From IMG/VR virus record IMGVR_UViG_3300025154_000049, positions 1 through 64,000 of that record: a stretch of 64,000 bases of DNA. One strand, given 5' to 3'. The notes under the pieces were generated by a model. It saw nothing but the letters and a program-made list of their open reading frames with translations. It ran no database searches and was not told the origin of the DNA. A program made the position numbers and the translations under genes. Source of the DNA: a virus. Below, one piece after another: positions 57,783 through 64,000 of the stretch; the first letter of the stretch is position 1, and every line of letters begins with the position of its first letter.

Positions 57783-58370
57783 TCAAGTATAATATTGCCT
57801 AATGTAACAACAATTACATATAGGAAGGTATTCTAAATCGTCTCCCTCCAATATATTTACATCTTCCCAAACTTCACTAGGAAGTCCATTTACTCTTCTT
57901 AGAATCTTAGTAGCTCTTTTATCTCCACAAAAAAGACATTCAGAAAATAACCTAGTAATCTTATCTGCTCGCTCCATGAACATGTTCATTTTATTAAAGG
58001 AAGAACCTTTAAAATCAAATTCTAATCCAGAAGCTATTATACTTATATTATTCTCTAAACAATAATTAACAATATCCCTAAAGAAGACTACCCAATCTGT
58101 TATAAACTGTACTTCGTCTATATAGATAGTTTCTAACCTGTATAAACTATCACTGCTCTCATGCTCTTTTATTGTTCTTAAGATATCTTGGGAGTTATCT
58201 ATCTTTATCGCTGGATATTTTAATCCGCTCCTTGAAGTAATAAACCCGTCTTCTGTTCTTATATCTACTGAAGGGTAAAAAACTCTAAACTCTCCTTCGT
58301 CTTCAGATATTTTTCTGATAAGTAATTCACTCTTTCCACTCGCCATTGTCCCCGTGATAATCTCAATCAA
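57783..58370 (-). CDS. tdk: Thymidine kinase (type II)
   Basis: GTMASGKSELL, ITSRSG, IDEVQF, ASGL..DF.G..F, CLFC..YLPIC..C. Confidence 0.92.
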   Translation of the reverse strand: MIEIITGTMASGKSELLIRKISEDEGEFRVFYPSVDIRTEDGFITSRSGLKYPAIKIDNSQDILRTIKEHESSDSLYRLETIYIDEVQFITDWVVFFRDIVNYCLENNISIIASGLEFDFKGSSFNKMNMFMERADKITRLFSECLFCGDKRATKILRRVNGLPSEVWEDVNILEGDDLEYLPICNCCYIRQYYT

Positions 58371-58735
58371 TCAACTAACTCCTTTAATGTCAAATATTTA
58401 TTTCTATAGTCAATTTCACTAAAAATCTTTAGGTCTAAATAATTTAAATCTATTTTAGATAAGTTATTGGATATGAATTTATCTAATAAATGATTACGAT
58501 TCTCTAATAAGTCTAGTTTAACTACAGATTCTTGTTGAGAATTGTTTGCCCAGTATCTAACTACAAGATAATAGCCAGATTTTTTAATTTCCATAAAAGA
58601 TTCAATATGTTCACATCTCTCGTCATAGTATTTAAAATCAAAACAATCTAGTATATGTTCTATATATGAAACTGTTCCTATATCAAGTCTTCTTAGTTCT
58701 GTCTTATCTTCACTAAACTTCCAAAATTTTCCCAC
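58367..58735 (-). CDS. Hypothetical early protein
   Basis: Promoter TTGACT-17-TATAAT at 58794-58766. Confidence 0.55.
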   Translation of the reverse strand: MGKFWKFSEDKTELRRLDIGTVSYIEHILDCFDFKYYDERCEHIESFMEIKKSGYYLVVRYWANNSQQESVVKLDLLENRNHLLDKFISNNLSKIDLNYLDLKIFSEIDYRNKYLTLKELVD

Positions 58736-58903
58736 TTGATTTCTTTCGTATTAACTATTATAATGATTATACCACATGTTACCAGTTAAGTCAATATTGT
58801 TATTTAAACACTTAAAAGTATTGATATTATTGGGTTTAAGGCTTTATATTATAAGTACAAGAGGCTAGTAATCTGTTATTTTAATATAAGGACAATTAAA
58901 TAT

Positions 58904-59590
58904 ATGATTAAGAAAATTATTAGCCTAATTATGACCCTCACATTAGTTTTATTTATCTCTAATCCCATATCTTCTTGTGAAAATAAATATAGTTCTATGA
59001 TTATTAATGGAACAAGAGTTCACGTTTTAAAAGCAGATGCTAAAAATATAAAAATTATAAAAGAACAAGGTAAAATAAAATATCTTAGAACCGTAGTTAA
59101 AGAAAATAATGGATGGGGAGCTATAAATGCTTCCTTCTACAATATGAATAACCGTAAACCCTGTGGTCTTTTAATTATAGAAGGTAAGGTTATCTCTAAA
59201 AATGTGTATAACAGACCCTACATAGTCATAGGTGATAAAACTTATATATCAGATGACAAGAATATAAGCTCTGATGCTAAATTAGCAGTAGGGGGAGGAA
59301 GTTATCTATTAAAAGACGGAAAAAAATATTTTACCAATAATCACTTTAGTAAACAATTCACAAATTCAGTGGTTAGAAGAACATGTATAGGCATAAATAA
59401 AGAAGGGAAAGTTCTTTTAGTAGTTATTAGAGGGTCAAATATCTGGGGATGTGCTGATATAATGAAAAAGTTAGGAGCAGTAGATGCTATATCTTTAGAT
59501 GGGGGAACTTCTTCGCAAATGTACTATGAGGGTAAGTATATAGTAGCATCTAATAGGATAGCCCCAGTAGTTATTGTTGCGGGATACTAA
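58904..59590 (+). CDS. Phosphodiester glycosidase (NAGPA-like) protein with signal peptide
   Basis: AINASFY..P.GL.I..G, RTCIGI, LGAVDAISLDGGTSS; late promoter 58843-58853 on +. Confidence 0.85.
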   Translation: MIKKIISLIMTLTLVLFISNPISSCENKYSSMIINGTRVHVLKADAKNIKIIKEQGKIKYLRTVVKENNGWGAINASFYNMNNRKPCGLLIIEGKVISKNVYNRPYIVIGDKTYISDDKNISSDAKLAVGGGSYLLKDGKKYFTNNHFSKQFTNSVVRRTCIGINKEGKVLLVVIRGSNIWGCADIMKKLGAVDAISLDGGTSSQMYYEGKYIVASNRIAPVVIVAGY

Positions 59591-59873
59591 AACACTCTTC
59601 TAAATTTTTTATAGTTTCTCGTCTTTTATTTAATAAAAAATATAAATAATTTAATATATTAATATCCTCTGAAACGATATCTAATTTTATAGATATTTCC
59701 AACATACCTTTATCTGCCTTATTATTCTTTAATGCAAAATAAGTATTCTTTTCATCTGGTTTTACTTTAACTGTTTGATTTTCAATACTTATCTTTAACT
59801 CAGAACAAACTTCGGAGATAATTAAAAAGTCAACCTCACTTAAATTACAAAGAGTTTTCCTGAATTCCGCCAC
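59571..59873 (-). CDS. Late hypothetical protein
   Basis: GTG start with GGTGG SD; late promoter 59905-59915. Confidence 0.55.
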   Translation of the reverse strand: MAEFRKTLCNLSEVDFLIISEVCSELKISIENQTVKVKPDEKNTYFALKNNKADKGMLEISIKLDIVSEDINILNYLYFLLNKRRETIKNLEECFSIPQQ

Positions 59874-59899
59874 GTATCCCCACCACCCTCTTAATGAAT

Positions 59900-60127
59900 C
59901 TAAATATAATATAAATTATTTATAATGAGTAAATCATGTAGATTTTTACCTAATCCACAAGACCAACAACCAGTATAATATGTATGTGGAATGGGAGATT
60001 GGTTATCTCTAGTACTTATAACCTCCTCGACACTTATTACACAATTAGTGTCTATATTTCTAATAACTTTGAATAGTATTGTCCTACAATTGGGACAACA
60101 TAAATAAGAACCCTCGTAGATAATCAT
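59900..60127 (-). CDS. Zinc-ribbon protein
   Basis: CPNC..CWSC. Confidence 0.55.
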   Translation of the reverse strand: MIIYEGSYLCCPNCRTILFKVIRNIDTNCVISVEEVISTRDNQSPIPHTYYTGCWSCGLGKNLHDLLIINNLYYI

Positions 60128-60714
60128 AAAGACCCTCTGAGTTCATTCAACATTTCTATTTTATATATAAAATCTTTATCTTTTTTATATAGTTTTTTAA
60201 GATTACTATATTCTAAAAGAGTGTCTAAATCAAAACTAGCTAAATATTTTTCTATAAATTCTTTAGTTAAATCGTCTCTTTCAGATATCCATTCCCAGTC
60301 TATTATAGAATGTTTATCCACTATAAGTTTTTCTAGCCTAGGCAAAGAAGCTCTTTTGTTAATACCTCTAACTATGTTATTATCTTTCCAAATCATTTGA
60401 GGTCTATTTAGAAAATGGTCAAGTATGTTATCTGTTAATAATATAGTATGTTCTATCAGTATGTCATAGTTCCAATATTCTTTTAATTCTTCACACTCTA
60501 AAAGTTCTTTGCTATAGTTTTTTCTCTTAGACAGTTCCCAGAAATGTAACTGGTTTCTATATTTTAAGATAAAATCCTCTGGTAGCCTATATCTCCATTG
60601 GCAACTGAGGAAACCCCACATTATATAATGTAGGTTTAAAGTACCATCATCCATTTCTTTGTAATCTCTAAGAAATCTTTCAGTATATTTATATCTATGT
60701 CTTTCTGTATACAT
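60124..60714 (-). CDS. Tryptophan-repeat family early protein
   Basis: LPEDFILKY..L.FW.LS, IDWEWIS..LTKEFIEKY repeats; promoter TTGACA-17-TATCAT. Confidence 0.7.
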   Translation of the reverse strand: MYTERHRYKYTERFLRDYKEMDDGTLNLHYIMWGFLSCQWRYRLPEDFILKYRNQLHFWELSKRKNYSKELLECEELKEYWNYDILIEHTILLTDNILDHFLNRPQMIWKDNNIVRGINKRASLPRLEKLIVDKHSIIDWEWISERDDLTKEFIEKYLASFDLDTLLEYSNLKKLYKKDKDFIYKIEMLNELRGSL

Positions 60715-60767
60715 AAAAACTCCTTAAGTATATGATACCACAAGGAGTTATAACTGTCAATACTGAA

Positions 60768-61481
60768 TTACTTAATTGTGTATTTACGTAACAATTCGGG
60801 ATTAATCAGTTCTAGTCCCGCAACGTGTATAAATTCATTATTAAATATTGTCAATGAATCTTTAATATGATATATTAACGGTTTTTCTTCCACTAAATCA
60901 ACGGTATATATGTCTCTTGAGGGAATCCTACTGGAATGGAATAATAAATCCCCTTCTAAAGTATCCCCTATGAATCTTAAACTTGTATTATCTATAGTAG
61001 GTTGAATAGGATAGTTTAAATCTAGTACATCATTACCTATTATGATAACTCTTGTATTTTCTCTTTTTTCAAAAACAGCTTTCTTGGATAAATTGACTGT
61101 TATGTTTATATCGGATAAGATATAATTCATAAAATTGTTATTAATGATAGCAGAGACTTTATTGGAAGCTTCGTTTATTTTATCCATTCTAGGGACTTGT
61201 TTATAAACAAGCTCATTAAGAACTTCTAAATCACAAGGGAGTTTTATTTTAATAGGAATATATTTATTAGTTTTAATGTTAATGTCTGCTTCATGAAGTT
61301 TAAAGGCGGGAGTATTTTCCGTTATTCTTATTTCAGCTATAAGACTTATAATACTATTACTAATTATATTTCTAAGTACTGCTTCCCCATATTTTTCTAA
61401 TTGTGTTTTATAACCACTTGGAGGTAATTCTGATAGTTGTTTAAGAAATAATTCTATATGATTTTGCATAGTATTCTCCAA
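60768..61481 (-). CDS. Hypothetical protein
   Basis: Long ORF; late-like motif TTTATATTTTA upstream. Confidence 0.6.
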   Translation of the reverse strand: MENTMQNHIELFLKQLSELPPSGYKTQLEKYGEAVLRNIISNSIISLIAEIRITENTPAFKLHEADINIKTNKYIPIKIKLPCDLEVLNELVYKQVPRMDKINEASNKVSAIINNNFMNYILSDINITVNLSKKAVFEKRENTRVIIIGNDVLDLNYPIQPTIDNTSLRFIGDTLEGDLLFHSSRIPSRDIYTVDLVEEKPLIYHIKDSLTIFNNEFIHVAGLELINPELLRKYTIK

Positions 61482-61510
61482 TTGAAATTAACTCTTTCAT
61501 TTAAAATATA

Positions 61511-61543
61511 AAATAAGACCCTCTTTAACTGAAGGGTCTTATT
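61511..61543. terminator. Terminator hairpin
   Basis: AATAAGACCCT..AGGGTCTTATT. Confidence 0.75.
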
Positions 61544-61582
61544 TAATTCGTATTATCTGGACTCTCCCAGAAGTATTAACCA

Positions 61583-61660
61583 CTAAGGCAGGTTTCGCAC
61601 TTTATTAAAATTACTAAAGATAGTATTCGGGTTGTGGGGTTTAGACACCCACGTAATCAT
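61583..61660 (-). CDS. 25-aa peptide in its own transcription unit
   Basis: Not in the track: MITWVSKPHNPNTIFSNFNKVRNLP; GAAAGGA SD; promoter TTGACA-17-GATAAT at 61753-61725. Confidence 0.45.
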   Translation of the reverse strand: MITWVSKPHNPNTIFSNFNKVRNLP

Positions 61661-61754
61661 AACTATCATCCTTTCAAATAAAACTAAAACTTTTATAATT
61701 TAAATAAAATATATGTATAATTGTATTATCTCACAAAACAGTTAAGTTGTCAAG

Positions 61755-61955
61755 TTAAAAATTGTTAAGAAATAAAAGATTTAATTTATCCTGAGCTTCT
61801 AAAAATTCTTTCATTTTCTTTATTTTGAAATCATCTTCATTTAAATAGAACATAGACTGTTTTATAAAATTCTCAGAAATAACATATAGCTCATTATTTA
61901 CATCTATTACTTTATTTCTAAACACTTCTTTACTATCAGTTAGATGTTCAAACAT
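61755..61955 (-). CDS. Hypothetical protein
   Basis: AAGGAG SD. Confidence 0.6.
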   Translation of the reverse strand: MFEHLTDSKEVFRNKVIDVNNELYVISENFIKQSMFYLNEDDFKIKKMKEFLEAQDKLNLLFLNNF

Positions 61956-61968
61956 ATAGTCTCCTTAA

Positions 61969-62244
61969 TTAATCAGTATAAATTAGAACTCTGTAACATT
62001 TTTTAGATTCATTATTAGTGTAAGGCTCTACTGTTCCTCCATAATGTCTAGCCACTAAATCATCAAACCTGCATCCATTATCACAGAAAGCTATCAGATT
62101 TAATAAATCTCCGTTTAATTTTTCCAATAACTTTTCTTCCGCTCCCCTATATAAAGTAACATGGTATTCTTTCATGGTTTTATATCTTGAGGGAATTCTT
62201 TTTATCTTAAGGGAGCCATTTATTTCCGATATCTTCATGCACAA
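61969..62244 (-). CDS. Hypothetical early protein
   Basis: AAGGAG SD; FCD..HYGG.V..V.IYTD; promoter TTGAAT-17-TATACT. Confidence 0.6.
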   Translation of the reverse strand: MCMKISEINGSLKIKRIPSRYKTMKEYHVTLYRGAEEKLLEKLNGDLLNLIAFCDNGCRFDDLVARHYGGTVEPYTNNESKKCYRVLIYTD

Positions 62245-62313
62245 CTCCTTAACTAATCTATATTATTAGTATAGATTATAATGAAAAATAATTCAAGCAT
62301 TTGTAACGAAGGA

Positions 62314-62592
62314 TTACATAAAAATACGTTGTTTTTTATGTAACATAGTCTTTTCATCCAACTCGTAAAATATCGACCTTCTGTAGTTTTCTATGATATT
62401 AGGATATCTGTCCTTCAATCTCATTAACTCTATCCCTGTTATGTTTTTTCCATCAGAAGAAAGAGAGTTAATCTGGAATCCAAATACTCTAAGAATAGGA
62501 TTTAATATTATTTTAAGGATACTTCTATGATTACATATATTATAATCACCAGTAACTCCTTTTTTATATATAACTCCCAGATACCACTTCAT
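62314..62592 (-). CDS. Hypothetical protein
   Basis: ORF in the early operon. Confidence 0.55.
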   Translation of the reverse strand: MKWYLGVIYKKGVTGDYNICNHRSILKIILNPILRVFGFQINSLSSDGKNITGIELMRLKDRYPNIIENYRRSIFYELDEKTMLHKKQRIFM

Positions 62593-62593
62593 A

Positions 62594-63445
62594 TTATTTT
62601 TTATCCCTTAGTTTATTTTTTAGTTTATTTTTTAGTTTTTCTATCTTAATAGCGTATTTGGTTTCTTGTTTTTCTAAGACAGTGTTAAATTTATTATCTG
62701 CTTTATCAAGTTTCTTTACATAGTTCTCTTTTTCTTTTTCTAAGTTATTTATAACTTTATTTTTCTTAGTCAAATTTGATTTTAGAGATTTTATTTCTTG
62801 ATGTAATTGTTTTTTATCTTTAACACTTACTTTAGATTCTGTAATTATGCTCCCAGAAATAAAGCCTAGATGGATAGCTTTTTGGAATACTTGAGATGGG
62901 GTTAATTGAAGCTCTTTCGCTATGGTTTCTACAGTTACTTTAGAAGCAACTTTTTCTCTTACTACGTTAAGTTGCTCTGGAGTCCAGACATGTCCCCGAG
63001 ACTTTCTCCTACCAACAGCACTCTCTGTGGATAATCTACCTATTACTGAATTAAGAGGTCTCCCTAGGATAACTGAAATCTCATAATTAGTATACTTGTC
63101 TTTTTTAAGAGCCTTTAAAGTATCAATTTCACTCTCTTTCCAAGAATTTTTAAATTGTTGGACTCCCATTATGCCTCTTATCTCCCCACGTTTAGCTGTT
63201 ATAGCACTGAAGGTTCTATCGGGTAATATTTTCATTAGTTCAAAAACAGACATTCTAGGACTTGTTTTTATGACATTTAATTCTTCATCTGTCCATTTGT
63301 CAAAAGAACTTCCCCTATATAGTACTTTTATCTTTTCTAATATCTGGTCTTCCGTTCTTTCTGGAAGTAGTTTCTTAAGAGTTATTAGGGTACTGCCCAT
63401 ATTTTGTTTTAATAATTCTGTTTCTTGTTTAGTCCATTTTTTCAT
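62594..63445 (-). CDS. Myb/SANT-like HTH-repeat protein with C-terminal coiled coil
   Basis: Four W-[TK]-x-x-[EQ] repeats (WTKQE, WTDEE, WKESE, WTPEQ), with LPERT/LPDRT/LGRP turns. Confidence 0.75.
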   Translation of the reverse strand: MKKWTKQETELLKQNMGSTLITLKKLLPERTEDQILEKIKVLYRGSSFDKWTDEELNVIKTSPRMSVFELMKILPDRTFSAITAKRGEIRGIMGVQQFKNSWKESEIDTLKALKKDKYTNYEISVILGRPLNSVIGRLSTESAVGRRKSRGHVWTPEQLNVVREKVASKVTVETIAKELQLTPSQVFQKAIHLGFISGSIITESKVSVKDKKQLHQEIKSLKSNLTKKNKVINNLEKEKENYVKKLDKADNKFNTVLEKQETKYAIKIEKLKNKLKNKLRDKK

Positions 63446-63535
63446 AAATATATTTTTCTCCTTTTATAATACTATCTTAATTTTATCATTACTTAATTAG
63501 ATATTCAAGTATTTGTAACGAAACATTTACATACC

Positions 63536-63569
63536 AAAAAAACCCGCCTAACTTAATAGGGGGGGTTTC
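63536..63569 (-). terminator. Intrinsic terminator
   Basis: AAACCCCCCTA..TAGGCGGGTTTTTT. Confidence 0.65.
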
Positions 63570-63606
63570 TTAGAGCTAAGATATACCGATTTATACAGTA
63601 GGTACT

Positions 63607-63762
63607 CTAGTGTTTATCTATATTCATTTTCTTTTCCATATCTTCAAGATAATCATAATATTGTTTAACGGAGATATTATGTACTTGTCTGACATGGGAA
63701 GACAAACTTTTATTATTTTTAAAAAGATATCCACATAAAGAACAATTAGTCTTGGCATCCAT
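63607..63762 (-). CDS. 51-aa C2H2 zinc-finger protein
   Basis: Not in the track: MDAKTNCSLCGYLFKNNKSLSSHVRQVHNISVKQYYDYLEDMEKKMNIDKH. Confidence 0.6.
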   Translation of the reverse strand: MDAKTNCSLCGYLFKNNKSLSSHVRQVHNISVKQYYDYLEDMEKKMNIDKH

Positions 63763-63973
63763 GTTCTTTTTCCATATCTTTTAAATAGTCGTAATACCTA
63801 TCACATGATGCGAGGTGTGCTTTAGCAATAGCTTTAGCTATATCTGGGTGATTTGTATGTTCACTTTCTACTTCTACCCCTTTTTTTAATTGACCCTCAT
63901 CGAAATCAGAATCTGGGTCTTGACTGTGTTTTAATAGTTTAACCAAGTCTGTTATTCTACCCATTTTACCCAT
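63746..63973 (-). CDS. DUF5661-like protein
   Basis: QLKKGVEVESEHT..IAKAIAKAHL....YYDYLKDME. Confidence 0.7.
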   Translation of the reverse strand: MGKMGRITDLVKLLKHSQDPDSDFDEGQLKKGVEVESEHTNHPDIAKAIAKAHLASCDRYYDYLKDMEKEHGCQD

Positions 63974-64000
63974 AATGATATTATCTCTTTCTAAATGTTA

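Noticed and set aside
9777-63500. Short antisense ORFs in the track (e.g. 9777, 11636, 13936, 25938, 27243, 30575, 42107, 43643, 52351, 53666, 55846, 63096)
   Set aside because: They lie opposite well-supported genes, lack SD and promoter, and are expected shadows of codon bias
1-64000. Alternative genetic code (TAG or TGA recoding)
   Set aside because: Core genes are full length under the standard code and several end in TAG right before the next gene
1-64000. tRNA, rRNA, integrase or transposase genes
   Set aside because: None recognised by eye; a tRNAscan run would be needed to exclude tRNAs fully

Overview
The window is a segment of a large, AT-rich, T4-like contractile-tailed phage (myovirus) genome read with the standard genetic code; most genes are on the minus strand. 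1-16.2 kb is the tail and baseplate module: fibre start, gp7/gp6/gp25/gp5/hub/gp53/gp48-like proteins, tape measure with an M23 peptidase domain, gp26-like chaperone, tube, sheath and neck. 16.3-23.7 kb is a block of probable capsid-packaged internal proteins, some ADP-ribosyltransferase-like. 23.7-36.8 kb holds the head and packaging genes (gp13, major capsid, protease-scaffold, portal, terminases), a sigma factor and a TOPRIM primase. 36.8-37.4 kb is non-coding, with a perfect 62-bp direct repeat flanking structured sequence. 37.4-64 kb mixes late virion genes (fibre, two double beta-propeller proteins, holin candidate) with early accessory genes (DenV-like glycosylase, MoxR-AAA/VWA pair, thymidine kinase, HNH, GGCT-like, Myb-repeat protein). 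Two promoter classes can be read from the DNA: sigma70/sigmaA-type TTGACA-17-TATAAT, and a phage late motif TTTATATTATA (22 exact copies found by eye). The most notable unannotated signals are: a probable +1 ribosomal frameshift (CCC_UUU_CGU) in the tail-chaperone position; a shared N-terminal capsid-targeting-like tag on about 10 cargo proteins; a late-promoter small RNA whose loop is an anti-Shine-Dalgarno sequence; a 117-bp exact repeat at the linker of two double-propeller genes; and two small domains inserted into several unrelated structural proteins. All functional calls come from motif recognition and gene order; no database searches were run.
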